From assembly GCA_022616555.1 (NCBI GenBank), contig JAKEEG010000068.1:912-64911 (forward strand): DNA of 64,000 nt, written 5' to 3'. A model generated the notes under the pieces. That model was given only the letters and a program-made list of their open reading frames with translations. It was not told the origin of the DNA and ran no database searches. This DNA is from Ignavibacteriota bacterium. Its GTDB lineage: Bacteria > Bacteroidota > Ignavibacteria > UBA10030. Of the stretch, positions 39,073 through 48,825 are shown piece by piece. The position numbers were made by a program, and so were the translations under genes. How positions within the stretch are numbered: position 1 is the stretch's first letter; every line of letters begins with the position of its first letter.

Positions 39073-40113
39073 CTACTCTTTGTAAATCCCAATCTCCATT
39101 TTGCCATTCACATCGATGTAACCGCGATACATGCCTGAAGTGTTAAATGGCATTACAATGTTGCCTTTGGCATCTAGAGCAATTAGCCCGCCGTCGCCGT
39201 TCATCTTCACCAACTTGTCCATCACCACGAGATTGGCGGCGTCTTTGAGGGACATGCCCTCGTATTCCATCAGAGCCGAGACGTCGTGAGCAACAACCGA
39301 GCGGATGAAGTACTCTCCCGTTCCCGTGCAAGAGACCCCGCATGTCTTATTGTTTGCGTACGTTCCGCCGCCGATGATAGGCACATCACCGACTCTACCG
39401 TACTTCTTGTTGGATGTTCCACCCGTCGAAGTACCTGCGGCGATATTGCCGTTCTTATCGAGCGCGACGCAGCCGACCGTTCCAAACTTATGGTCATCCA
39501 TGCCAGCGTCGTTGAATCCCTGCGGCTTGCTATCCTGCTTCGCTGGTTGGGACTGTTGCTGTTTTTCCCGCTCTTTCATCCTCATCCATTGGTTCCACCG
39601 TTGCTCGGTTTTAAAATAACTCGGGTCAACGAACTCCATCCCCTGCTCCTTTGCGAACTGCTCGGCACCGTCTCCGATCATCATCACGTGCGGGGATTTT
39701 TCCATCACCCACCGCGCGAGTGTAATGGGGCTCTTGATACGTTTGAGTCCCGCAACAGCTCCAGCGTTGAGTGTCGCACCGTCCATAATCGCAGCATCAA
39801 GTTCGTTCGTGCCTTCGCTGGTAAACACGGCGCCCTTACCCGCGTTGAAGAGCGGGGAGTCTTCCATAATGTGTATTGCCGCTTCAACAGCGTCGAGACT
39901 GGTGCCGCCTTGCTTTAACACGGCATAACCGGCGTTGAGGGCTTCTTCCAGCTTTGCGCGGTATTCCTTCTCGCGCTCCGGCGGCATATTTTCGCGGAGG
40001 ATTGTGCCCGCCCCGCCATGGATGACGATGGCGATGGGATTGTCTTGCGCAGCGAGGAGAGAAAAGGCGCAGACTGCAAAAATAGCAACGCGTAGTATTC
40101 TTCCAGTCATCAT
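39073..40113 (-). CDS. Isoaspartyl peptidase / L-asparaginase (Ntn-hydrolase, plant-type asparaginase family), secreted
   Basis: 346 aa; signal peptide; HGGAGT motif and autoprocessing site region GTVGCVALD; Gln/Glu-rich variable linker. Confidence 0.85.
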   Translation of the reverse strand: MMTGRILRVAIFAVCAFSLLAAQDNPIAIVIHGGAGTILRENMPPEREKEYRAKLEEALNAGYAVLKQGGTSLDAVEAAIHIMEDSPLFNAGKGAVFTSEGTNELDAAIMDGATLNAGAVAGLKRIKSPITLARWVMEKSPHVMMIGDGAEQFAKEQGMEFVDPSYFKTEQRWNQWMRMKEREKQQQSQPAKQDSKPQGFNDAGMDDHKFGTVGCVALDKNGNIAAGTSTGGTSNKKYGRVGDVPIIGGGTYANNKTCGVSCTGTGEYFIRSVVAHDVSALMEYEGMSLKDAANLVVMDKLVKMNGDGGLIALDAKGNIVMPFNTSGMYRGYIDVNGKMEIGIYKE

Positions 40114-40154
40114 ATTGAGATTCTCCTCAAAATATTCGTATTGTATCTTTTGAA

Positions 40155-40193
40155 ACCTCCCCCTGTATCCCCCTCAAAGAGGGGGACAGCTCA
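40155..40193. repeat. Short repeat family C, copy 3 (cctccccctgtatccccctc-aaa-gagggggacag)
   Basis: Same CCTCCCCC...CCCCTC-NNN-GAGGGGGACAG architecture as the copies at 34021 and 34122. Confidence 0.5.
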
Positions 40194-40211
40194 CGCACAT
40201 TCCTTCATTAC

Positions 40212-40997
40212 CTACTTTAACTTCTCCACACCCCATCGCTTCATGACGTCGAGCATTTTGTAATCGGTGAGGTCGTACTGAATCGGCGTGACAGAAACGT
40301 ATTTGTTCTTTACCGCCCACTGGTCAATATCCAAGCCTTTGTCGGTTTCTTCGAGTGAGCCGGTGAGCCAGTAGTATTCTTTATTACCGGGGTCGCGGCG
40401 AGCCTCGAAGTGGTCGTACCAAATTGACTTCCCTTGCCGTGTGATGACCACGCCGCGAATTTCGCGCTCTTTCGCAGGCGGGATGTTCACGTTAATCAAC
40501 GTCCCCTTCGGCAATCCCTGCTTCGCGGTGAGTTGAGTAAAACGGCGGGCGAACTTCGCTGCGTACGTGAAATCCGGCGGGCCGTACGTCGTCAGCGAAA
40601 AAGCTACTGACGGGATGTCGAGGATTGTCCCTTCCAGCGCGGCGGAAACTGTGCCAGAATAAATAATGCTGATGGCGGTATTTGAGCCGTGGTTAATACC
40701 CGAGACGAGGACATCGGGCATTTTCTTCAGCAGCGCCCGCACGGCGAACTTCACCGCGTCGGCTGGGGTTCCTTCCACCGCATGACCAAAGAGCTTGCCG
40801 TTCTTGAAGAATTTCTTTACGCGCAGCGGGTAGTTCATCGTAATGGCGTGGCCGACAGCGCTTTGCTGTTTATCCGGAGCGACAACAGTGACGGAGCCGA
40901 TTTTCTTCAGCTCCTGGACGAGCGCGTAGATTCCCGGTGCATCGATACCATCGTCGTTGCTGACAAGAATGTTAAGTCGTTTTTTTGTGTGTGCCAT
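40212..40997 (-). CDS. surE: 5'/3'-nucleotidase SurE
   Basis: 261 aa; N-terminal ILVSNDDGIDAPGI motif. Confidence 0.9.
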   Translation of the reverse strand: MAHTKKRLNILVSNDDGIDAPGIYALVQELKKIGSVTVVAPDKQQSAVGHAITMNYPLRVKKFFKNGKLFGHAVEGTPADAVKFAVRALLKKMPDVLVSGINHGSNTAISIIYSGTVSAALEGTILDIPSVAFSLTTYGPPDFTYAAKFARRFTQLTAKQGLPKGTLINVNIPPAKEREIRGVVITRQGKSIWYDHFEARRDPGNKEYYWLTGSLEETDKGLDIDQWAVKNKYVSVTPIQYDLTDYKMLDVMKRWGVEKLK

Positions 40998-41127
40998 AAT
41001 GTTGTGCCAAGATAGAAAAAAATCCGCCCCTAAACAAGAAAGCTAGTCGTGGAGTACTGATTCAGTTTGAACAATACGTCATCCCGAACTAACCGGTATC
41101 TATAAGCGCTCTCAAAAATACTCCTCT

Positions 41128-41213
41128 ATGTCATTCCCGCATGCTTTTAGCGGGAATCCAGCGCGTGGATGCCCGCTTAAAATCCGCGGGCATGACAAAG
41201 TACTAATTTTGAG
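41128..41213. repeat. Structured intergenic element, family A, copy 1 (about 86 bp with nested hairpins)
   Basis: tgtcattcccgcatgcttttagcgggaatccagcgcgtggatgcccgcttaaaatccgcgggcatgacaaagtact; about 85% identical copy at 58396. Confidence 0.6.
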
Positions 41214-41223
41214 ATAGGATCTA

Positions 41224-41266
41224 AAAAAAGACCCCGAAACTAGTTCGGGGTGACGTTCTTTTTTCG
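41224..41266. terminator. Bidirectional rho-independent terminator (hairpin B: accccgaa-actag-ttcggggt flanked by A/T runs)
   Basis: 8 bp stem; T-run on both strands; terminates the beta-lactamase-family gene; an inverted near-identical copy lies at 58051. Confidence 0.6.
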
Positions 41267-41290
41267 TTTCTTACGCTATCATTGTGTTTA

Positions 41291-42439
41291 TCATGACAAC
41301 CCCAAGTACCGTTCGAAGAAATTGTAGGCGAAATCGTAATCGCCGAAGCTGTTATTTTGCAGGACAACAATTCCCACTCTCTCTTCAGGAAGATACGCAA
41401 TGAGCGATAAATATCCCTGAACTCCGCCGCTGTGGAAAACCAGCCGACGCCCGGCAAAATCAAATACGCGCCAGCCGAAGCCGTAATGTGCCGACTGTAG
41501 GCGCTTGTTCCAATTGAACCTGTGTACCTCTTCGGGCGTTCGCACAATCGGCGCCGTCACAATGTGAGCAACGTCTGAGGGTATCACCTCCGGCATTCCG
41601 CCCATCATTGCACGCAGCCATTGCGCCATGTCGTACACGCTCGCGTTAATCCCTGCCGCCGCGCTCACATTGTAATATCGTTCTTTCACTGACGTCGCGC
41701 TCATCCTTCCTCTTCTTCGGATGTGCGGATGCGCGTAATTATCAGACGCTGTTAAGCCGTCGAACCCGACCGAGGCAGTGTACATTCCCAACGGCTGCAA
41801 AAGCCTATTTCGCACGATGTCGTCGTATCTTGTACCTGTCGCTGATTCGATGATCGGGCCAATCAAACTAAATGCGATATTCTGATATGTGTAACACTCT
41901 CCCACGCGACAAATGGTTGGGGCTTCTCTCAATCTGGACATCAGCTTTTCAATCGGGATATTCGCCTCCACTAAATTATCGAACGCGTTCGGCACCAGTC
42001 CGGTGGTGTGCGTGAGCAGGTGACGAATGGTCAGCTTCTGAGTCTCTGCCTTGTTCTTCAGCGAAAATGTTGGAAGATACTCGACTACTTTATCATCCCA
42101 ACGCAAGATGCTGTCCCTCACCAGCAGCGCAGTCAGCACGCCTGCGAATCCCTTCGAGAGTGACGCGATGCGAAACACCGTGTTGGTATCCACAAGCTCC
42201 GGCCCGTCAATATTTCGGACGCCGAAGCCCCGCATATAGGCAATGCGGCCGTCTTTCACAATCGCGACGGCAGCGCCGGGCGAGTTGGATCTTTCAAGAT
42301 ACTCTCCGACGTATGCGTCGTAATCAATCAACAGGCTATCGAACGCAGTGATGACGTGCGGGTCGTCTCCCATACCCACCGTGTTCGAGAAACTAAAAAA
42401 CAGTAACAGCGCTGCAAATGCGCCAAGCACAGACTTCAT
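41291..42439 (-). CDS. Serine hydrolase of the beta-lactamase/PBP4*-like family, secreted
   Basis: 382 aa; signal peptide; S-x-x-K active-site motif (IASLSKGF) and an HTTG (KTG-like) motif. Confidence 0.8.
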   Translation of the reverse strand: MKSVLGAFAALLLFFSFSNTVGMGDDPHVITAFDSLLIDYDAYVGEYLERSNSPGAAVAIVKDGRIAYMRGFGVRNIDGPELVDTNTVFRIASLSKGFAGVLTALLVRDSILRWDDKVVEYLPTFSLKNKAETQKLTIRHLLTHTTGLVPNAFDNLVEANIPIEKLMSRLREAPTICRVGECYTYQNIAFSLIGPIIESATGTRYDDIVRNRLLQPLGMYTASVGFDGLTASDNYAHPHIRRRGRMSATSVKERYYNVSAAAGINASVYDMAQWLRAMMGGMPEVIPSDVAHIVTAPIVRTPEEVHRFNWNKRLQSAHYGFGWRVFDFAGRRLVFHSGGVQGYLSLIAYLPEERVGIVVLQNNSFGDYDFAYNFFERYLGLS

Positions 42440-42519
42440 CGTTCTACTCTATTCTCTAAATTGTAGTGAAAAATGTACCGAGGGGACGGATATAAGATAA
42501 AGAATTTGGGAGGAAAAAA

Positions 42520-43344
42520 CTAATAACTTTCTTTTTGGGAGGGAAATTTTTTTGTTTTCACATCGTTCACGTACGCGCCGACCGCTGTGCGTATCGTATC
42601 GGCGAGCCGTGCGTATCGCCTGACAAACCGCGGGTGAAAATCTTCATAAATTCCCAGCATGTCGGAAACCACCAACACCTGGCCATCGCATTGTAGGCCT
42701 GCACCTATACCGATTGTAGGAATGGAAAGAGACTTGGTAATTTTCCCTGCGAGGGAGGAGGGAATTTTTTCCAGCACAACCGCGAATGCCCCGGCTTCTT
42801 CGAGCGCCTTCGCGTCCCGCAGAATACGCTTGGCTTCTCCCGCCGAGACGCCTCGCGGCTGATACCCACCGAACTGGCGAATTGATTGCGGGGTAAGCCC
42901 CAAATGCCCCACGACGGGTATCCCGGCTTGCGTCGTCATACGCACAAGCTCGGCTATGCGCTCGCCGCCTTCAAACTTCACAGCGCCCGCGCCGGTTTCT
43001 TTCATCACTCTGCCGGCGTTGCGGAAGCCTTCCTCGGCGCTCGCTTGGTAGCTCATAAACGGCATATCCAGCACCACCATCGCCCTTTCCACGCCTCGGA
43101 TGACTGCCTTCGTGTGGTAAATCATTTCTTCGAGGGTAACGGCAAGTGTCGTCTCGTGCCCCTGGAATACCATCCCGAGCGAATCACCGACGAGAATAAG
43201 GTCAACACCCGCCTGGTCAAGCAAGCGTGCGGTCAAGTAATCGTATGCGGTAAGGCATGCAATCTTAGAGCTGCCGCGTTTCATTTCAGCGATGGTGCGC
43301 GTCGTAACGCGCTTGGGACCTGAGCCAGCAGTAGAGTTTTTCAT
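42520..43344 (-). CDS. panB: 3-methyl-2-oxobutanoate hydroxymethyltransferase
   Basis: 274 aa; [10 protein letters not shown] and GHLGLTPQS motifs. Confidence 0.9.
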   Translation of the reverse strand: MKNSTAGSGPKRVTTRTIAEMKRGSSKIACLTAYDYLTARLLDQAGVDLILVGDSLGMVFQGHETTLAVTLEEMIYHTKAVIRGVERAMVVLDMPFMSYQASAEEGFRNAGRVMKETGAGAVKFEGGERIAELVRMTTQAGIPVVGHLGLTPQSIRQFGGYQPRGVSAGEAKRILRDAKALEEAGAFAVVLEKIPSSLAGKITKSLSIPTIGIGAGLQCDGQVLVVSDMLGIYEDFHPRFVRRYARLADTIRTAVGAYVNDVKTKKFPSQKESY

Positions 43345-44132
43345 AGTGTGCGGACGGCGTCTTTAAGGTGTGATTCGAATGTCAATGCCCATTTTTTCTC
43401 AAAGCCGCGCTGTATTGCCGCCGCGACTTCTTCGAACGTGATAGCCCTGTTGAGTATAGATTTCACATCCGTCGTTTTCATCGACAATTCCGCTAGGAGA
43501 GCGTCCCGTTCGGCATCGCTCTCGAACTTCAAGAACTCTGCGATGCGCAGGTGGTCATTTCCTAGTAGAATCGAGCCGTGCTGGAGGATGATTTCCTTCC
43601 CGTGAAACCAGAACCGCCTTTGCGCGCTGCCAACGAGCTTGCGGCCGTTGAACTTTATTTCGTGCCGCGCTGAACTGCTAAAACAAGCTGCGCCGGATGT
43701 TGCGCGATACAAAGATGGGAAATCAGGCTGGGATTTTTCGAGCGACGCACCGACACCAAGTTTTTCTAGGCCACACAGCAGCGCTTCACTAATCAGACGA
43801 TAGATTGCTGAAATATTTGTGTCACCAAGAACTTCAAGGTTTTCAAAACCATAAAGGTCTGAGATAACGCTATACGTCAATTCATCCGAATGCAATATCG
43901 CTCGCCCTCCCGTAGGGCGGCGAACGATATCGATTCCCGCGCGTTCTGCGGCGTGTGTGTCGATGTCATCGAGCGATTGGTTCCAGCCATAGGAAATCGC
44001 CACGGGACTCCATCCGTACACGCGAATGGTGGGCAACCGCTCGCTGTCCGCTATCTCGCGCGCGAGCTGCTCATCATACTGCATGTTAAACGCGCCTGAT
44101 TTAGCGCCTGTATGTTCGAAGAGCCAGGACAT
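43341..44132 (-). CDS. Lipoate/octanoate-protein ligase family protein (BPL/LplA/LipB catalytic domain)
   Basis: 263 aa; [11 protein letters not shown] motif typical of LplA-like ligases; overlaps panB by 4 bp. Confidence 0.7.
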   Translation of the reverse strand: MSWLFEHTGAKSGAFNMQYDEQLAREIADSERLPTIRVYGWSPVAISYGWNQSLDDIDTHAAERAGIDIVRRPTGGRAILHSDELTYSVISDLYGFENLEVLGDTNISAIYRLISEALLCGLEKLGVGASLEKSQPDFPSLYRATSGAACFSSSARHEIKFNGRKLVGSAQRRFWFHGKEIILQHGSILLGNDHLRIAEFLKFESDAERDALLAELSMKTTDVKSILNRAITFEEVAAAIQRGFEKKWALTFESHLKDAVRTL

Positions 44133-44926
44133 TACCTGTTCCGCTTGGGTCCGGGGATGATGCCCCGCTTGCTGTTGCCGATGAAATCCAGCACGCGTTG
44201 CACTTCCGGCACAAGCTCAACTTCGCTCTTAATCCGCTCGGCAGCCTGGCTGACGTTAAGTTGGGACCGATAGATAAGCCGGAAGGCCTGCTCAAGCAGT
44301 GAAATCGTTTTTTCGGAAAACCCGCGACGCTGCAACCCGATGGAGTTGAGTTTTTCAAAGCACAACGGTTCCTGTCCTGCAAGCACATACGGCGGAACGT
44401 CTTTCGTTGCGCGAAAACCGCCGCCGATCATCGCGTGCGCTCCGATCGTAACGAACTGATGGACTGGCGTTAACCCGCCGACGATGGCATAATCCTCCAC
44501 CGTTACATGGCCTGCCAGCGCAACGCAATTCGCGAGGATAACATGGTTACCGACGACGCAGTCATGGGCGGCATGCGTATACGCCATAAACAGGCAATCG
44601 TTTCCAATGACAGTTTTACCTTTGTCAATTGTTCCGCGGTTAAGCGTCACGTACTCGCGAATCACCGTCCGGTCACCCACCTCAAGCGTCGTTGCCTCAC
44701 CCTTATACTTTAAATCCTGCGGCGGAGCGCCGACGGAAGCTCCAGGGAAAATTTTGCAGTCGCGTCCGACGCGCGCACCGTTGAAGAGTACAGCATGGGG
44801 GCCAATCCATGTCCCGTCACCAATGGTAACATCGTCCTCGACGACGGCAAACGGGCTCACAGTAACGCCTTTACCCAATTGCGCTTTTGGGCTTACGACC
44901 GCGCGCGGGTCTATTTGAATGCTCAT
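44132..44926 (-). CDS. lpxA: Acyl-ACP--UDP-N-acetylglucosamine O-acyltransferase
   Basis: 264 aa; hexapeptide-repeat left-handed beta-helix with an LpxA-like N-terminus. Confidence 0.9.
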   Translation of the reverse strand: MSIQIDPRAVVSPKAQLGKGVTVSPFAVVEDDVTIGDGTWIGPHAVLFNGARVGRDCKIFPGASVGAPPQDLKYKGEATTLEVGDRTVIREYVTLNRGTIDKGKTVIGNDCLFMAYTHAAHDCVVGNHVILANCVALAGHVTVEDYAIVGGLTPVHQFVTIGAHAMIGGGFRATKDVPPYVLAGQEPLCFEKLNSIGLQRRGFSEKTISLLEQAFRLIYRSQLNVSQAAERIKSEVELVPEVQRVLDFIGNSKRGIIPGPKRNR

Positions 44927-46389
44927 CAGTGTTGTTGTGGGTTCTTTTCGGTTGGAGTTTTCGCCGGCGCGACAGAGCCGTTGCCGCCGGGTTCCTGGCG
45001 GTCAATTACGGCGGCTGTAAATTCTCCCTCGGCGACAAGCGCGCCATCGACGAATGCCCTACCTTTTATCTGAATGACCTTCGTTCTCCGGCTCACCATC
45101 TCGATGTCCAGTACGAGTGTATCTCCGGGGGTCACCGTCTTGCGGAACTTTACATTGTTGATCGCCATGAAATATACCAGCTTATTGCCGGGGTTCTCTG
45201 AACCGTTCAACAGCAGGATACCACCGGCCTGCGCCATCGCTTCAATGATCAACACACCGGGCATCACGGGCTGACCCGGGAAGTGTCCCTGAAAAAAGGA
45301 CTCGTTCATCGTCACGTTCTTGACGCCGACGACGCGCTGGTCGATCTGGAAGTCGATAATTTTGTCAACCAACAAAAAAGGATAACGATGCGGCAGAATG
45401 CGCTGGATGGCGTTGATGTCAAACACCACGCCTTCCTTTTTCTCGTGTTGGTATTTTTTTACAATCTTTTTCTGCTGGTAGAGTTTGCGGACTTTCCGCG
45501 CGAACTCAATGTTGCTTGCATGCCCCGGCCGTGCGGCAAGGACCTGCGCCTTCAGCGGCGCGCCGATGAGCGCCAAATCTCCCATCAGGTCGATGAGCTT
45601 ATGACGCGCAGGCTCATTGCGGAAGCGGAGAGACTTGTTGTTGAGTACGCCCGTGGTGCCGAGGATAACGGAATGTGAGATGCCGAGTTTCTTCGCGAGT
45701 TTCTTGATTTCTTCGTCGGGCAACTCGCGGTCGACAATCACAATCGCATTGTCTAAATTGCCACCTTTGATCAACCCCTGGTCGCGTAGGATTTCAACTT
45801 CGTGCAGGAAACAAAATGTGCGCGAGGCGGCGAATTCCGAAACAAATTCTTTCTCGAGATTGAAAAGACCGGTGTGTTGGCTGCCGAGAGCGGGGTTCTG
45901 GTAATCTACCATCACCGTCAGGCGGTAATCGTCCGTCGGCAGCGCAACAATATCGACGCCTTGTTCTTCGTTCTGGTAGCGGATGGTTTGGTCGATAATG
46001 AGGTAGTCTTTAGGTGCTTCCTGCTCTTTTAAACCAGCTTCGAGGATCATATCGACAAACGGCTTTGCACTGCCGTCGCCAATGGGCGGCTCAATGTTGT
46101 CCAACTCGATGATAATATTATCCACTTGCATGCCGACAATAGCGGCAAGTACGTGCTCAACTGTATAGACACGGGCTTCACCGATACCGATTGTCGTGCC
46201 CCGGGCGATATCAACAACGTGGTCGACATCGGCAGGGATTTCCGGCGCACCGCCGATATCCACGCGACGAAAGCGAATGCCGTAATCTTCAGGCGCGGGC
46301 TTAAGCGTCATGGTCGTCGTAACGCCCGTATGCAAACCGACGCCGTGCATCGAGACCGGCTTCTTAATCGTGTGTTGTTGGATGAGCAT
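44926..46389 (-). CDS. lpxC-fabZ: Bifunctional UDP-3-O-acyl-GlcNAc deacetylase / 3-hydroxyacyl-ACP dehydratase (LpxC-FabZ fusion)
   Basis: LpxC N-terminal region (VSMHGVGLHTG) fused to a FabZ hot-dog domain (GHFPGQPVMPGVLIIEAMAQ); the start is most likely the ATG at 46389 rather than the 46422 ORF start, which lies inside the upstream palindrome. Confidence 0.9.
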   Translation of the reverse strand: MLIQQHTIKKPVSMHGVGLHTGVTTTMTLKPAPEDYGIRFRRVDIGGAPEIPADVDHVVDIARGTTIGIGEARVYTVEHVLAAIVGMQVDNIIIELDNIEPPIGDGSAKPFVDMILEAGLKEQEAPKDYLIIDQTIRYQNEEQGVDIVALPTDDYRLTVMVDYQNPALGSQHTGLFNLEKEFVSEFAASRTFCFLHEVEILRDQGLIKGGNLDNAIVIVDRELPDEEIKKLAKKLGISHSVILGTTGVLNNKSLRFRNEPARHKLIDLMGDLALIGAPLKAQVLAARPGHASNIEFARKVRKLYQQKKIVKKYQHEKKEGVVFDINAIQRILPHRYPFLLVDKIIDFQIDQRVVGVKNVTMNESFFQGHFPGQPVMPGVLIIEAMAQAGGILLLNGSENPGNKLVYFMAINNVKFRKTVTPGDTLVLDIEMVSRRTKVIQIKGRAFVDGALVAEGEFTAAVIDRQEPGGNGSVAPAKTPTEKNPQQH

Positions 46390-46403
46390 AGGATCCCTTT
46401 TCT

Positions 46404-46431
46404 TCATAGGGGCACGTTGCAACGTGCCCCT
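46404..46431. repeat. TAGGGG-N-CCCCTA palindrome, copy f (ataggggcacgttg-caacgtgcccctac)
   Basis: Perfect 13 bp arms, 15 nt upstream of the probable lpxC-fabZ start. Confidence 0.6.
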
Positions 46432-46439
46432 ACAGGATA

Positions 46440-47498
46440 TTATTTTAATTTCTCAAATAACTGCGCGACCTTCTTTTTCAATTCCTCGAACTCGCGCGCT
46501 AATTCCGGCAACGAACGCAGCGCCGCTTCGATCCTGCGCGATTTTTTCACTTCTTTCGCAGGATAACCTGTATACATCTGCCCCGGTTGAGTAAACGACT
46601 TTGTCACTCCCGACTGAGCCAGGAATATCGAATTGTCCGCCATCTCCATGTGTCCGGCAAAGCCCACTTGCCCACCGATCATGTTGTGCTTGCCGATCTT
46701 CGTGCTGCCGGCAAGCCCCGTCTGTGCGGCGATGACCGTGTCTTCACCGACAGTACAATTGTGCGCAATCTGAATGAGATTATCAAGTTTGACGCCGCGT
46801 TTGATGACGGTTTCACCCACTGTCGCACGGTCGATGCAGCAATTTGCGCCAATACTCACATCGTCTTCGACGATAACGATGCCGAGCTGAGGTATTTTCT
46901 CGTATGTGCCGTCGGGTTTCGGCGCCCAACCGAAGCCGTCGCTGCCTATTACCGTTCCGGAATGAATGATTACCCTACTCCCTATCCGACATTGATGATA
47001 CACCGTCACGCGTGGATACAGGAGACACCCAGCACCGATCTGAACACTCTTGCCGATGATGCACCCGTGAGAGATTTTCGTCTCATCACCAATCACAGCT
47101 CCCTCATCAACAACGACGTTGGCGCCGAGCACAACATTCTTGCCGAGCTTAGCAGATTTCGCGATAATTGCGCTGGGATGTATACCCTCCGGGAACGGGT
47201 CGACTTTCGGCGTCAATAGGTCGAGTACGCGAAGAAAACCAATATACGGGTCCTCAACGCGGATAAAAGCGGGCGCACCGTTGGCATCCTTGCCGTGAGC
47301 CAAATCGAGTTGCTGTGCTTTCGAAACTAGAACAACTGAGGCTTTGGTGCTAGAAAGAAACCGCTCGTACTTGGGGTTCGCGAGGAAGGTCAACTCGCCT
47401 GCGCGTGCCTCTTCGATCTTCGCCACGCGGGTGATGTCTTTCGTACTGTCGCCGACGACTTCTCCATTCAGCCACGATGCGATTTCCCCGACGGTCAT
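46440..47498 (-). CDS. lpxD: UDP-3-O-(3-hydroxyacyl)glucosamine N-acyltransferase
   Basis: 352 aa; LpxD N-terminal domain plus hexapeptide repeats. Confidence 0.9.
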   Translation of the reverse strand: MTVGEIASWLNGEVVGDSTKDITRVAKIEEARAGELTFLANPKYERFLSSTKASVVLVSKAQQLDLAHGKDANGAPAFIRVEDPYIGFLRVLDLLTPKVDPFPEGIHPSAIIAKSAKLGKNVVLGANVVVDEGAVIGDETKISHGCIIGKSVQIGAGCLLYPRVTVYHQCRIGSRVIIHSGTVIGSDGFGWAPKPDGTYEKIPQLGIVIVEDDVSIGANCCIDRATVGETVIKRGVKLDNLIQIAHNCTVGEDTVIAAQTGLAGSTKIGKHNMIGGQVGFAGHMEMADNSIFLAQSGVTKSFTQPGQMYTGYPAKEVKKSRRIEAALRSLPELAREFEELKKKVAQLFEKLK

Positions 47499-47524
47499 GC
47501 AGGCTCTTGATCGGTTGTGGTCAA

Positions 47525-48064
47525 TCAGTTTTTTGGAGCAGCGGGAACGCTTATTTGTAGTTTCGCCAACACTTTTGCGGTCAGGTCGTTTTTCTCGTTC
47601 GCAAACATCAAAAGGATTTCACCGCTTTTATCAAACACGTAATCGTATTCTTCTTCCTTGGCAACATCCTGGATTGCTTGAAACACGCGGTCTTGTACCG
47701 GCTTCATGAGCTCGTTCTGTTTGTTGAACAGGTCGCCGTTCTGACCGAACTTTAAATTACGATATTCAGCGATCCTGCGCTCCAAATCCTGGAGCTCCTT
47801 TTCTGCCTCCGCGCGGCGTTGGTCCGTCATAACGAGCTTGCGCTTGTCGTATTCTTCAAATCGATTCTGCCAATCTTGTTGCATTTTTTGGAGCTCGTTC
47901 TGCCACTCCACGACAAGTGCATCCAGTTGGCGCTGGGCATCCTGGGCATCCGGCAATTCTTTCATAATTGCTTCAGAGCTGATGTGCCCAATTTTTGATT
48001 GGGCATTGGCAGCCGTCAGGCCACATGAGACAAGTGCAATGAGAAAAAGGAGGAAGCGTTTCAT
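47525..48064 (-). CDS. OmpH/Skp-family periplasmic chaperone
   Basis: 179 aa; signal peptide and coiled-coil Skp-like architecture. Confidence 0.75.
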   Translation of the reverse strand: MKRFLLFLIALVSCGLTAANAQSKIGHISSEAIMKELPDAQDAQRQLDALVVEWQNELQKMQQDWQNRFEEYDKRKLVMTDQRRAEAEKELQDLERRIAEYRNLKFGQNGDLFNKQNELMKPVQDRVFQAIQDVAKEEEYDYVFDKSGEILLMFANEKNDLTAKVLAKLQISVPAAPKN

Positions 48065-48232
48065 AAATTCACCTTATGACGGGGTGTACAGAAATGCATC
48101 GGCGACAAAAAAGACAATTCTCTGTCTTTCCGAGGACAACGAGGAATCTAAAAAATACTTGAACGCAAAAGAAAGGTTCCTCGTCGCTTCGCTACTCGGA
48201 ATGACAATCTCTTTCTCTGTTACACAGAAATC

Positions 48233-48778
48233 CTACTTGCCTTTCGTTACACCGCGTTTCAGACGGTCAAGCACTTGATAGGTAAGGTCGTACTTCACGT
48301 CTGCGAACAACACCATTGCGTCGTTTGCTTTATCGAACACGAAACTATAGCCATCGTCTTTCGCTACGCCTTCGATGGCTTTGAGGATCCGGTCGCGAAT
48401 CGGGGCGAGCCTTTTTTCGCGTTCGGTAACAGCCTCGCCCTGCCGCGGGTCGAATTTTTGCGCCTGGTATTGCAAGTACCGTTGCCGCAGCTCGTTCAGC
48501 TCTTGTTCTTTCGCCTGGCTTGACGCCTGGTTCATCATCGCTTTCTTCTTTTGGTAATCGTCAAACTCTCGCTGGAACGTCGTGTCCATCTTCGTGAGTT
48601 CCGAGTTCCATCCTCTGATAAGGTCTTCCAGCTCCTTAACCGCCTGCTGTGCCTCCGGGAGGTCGGCGAGGATTTTTTCCGAATCCACATAGCCGATTTT
48701 GAGCGCCTGTGCCTGTGCGAACGAAGCCGCCACCGTCAGACTTGCAACAATACCTATAAGCAACAAAGTTTTTTTCAC
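48233..48778 (-). CDS. OmpH/Skp-family periplasmic chaperone (second paralog)
   Basis: 181 aa; same architecture as its neighbour. Confidence 0.75.
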   Translation of the reverse strand: MKKTLLLIGIVASLTVAASFAQAQALKIGYVDSEKILADLPEAQQAVKELEDLIRGWNSELTKMDTTFQREFDDYQKKKAMMNQASSQAKEQELNELRQRYLQYQAQKFDPRQGEAVTEREKRLAPIRDRILKAIEGVAKDDGYSFVFDKANDAMVLFADVKYDLTYQVLDRLKRGVTKGK

Positions 48779-48825
48779 GATACCCTCTTAGGATTAAGTT
48801 GTTAAAAGATAAATTAATTTCTTTC

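Noticed and set aside
46390-46422. Longer lpxC-fabZ start (MQRAPMKKRDP...)
   Set aside because: LpxC homology starts at the downstream Met (MLIQQH...VSMHGVGLHTG), and the extension is encoded by the TAGGGG palindrome itself
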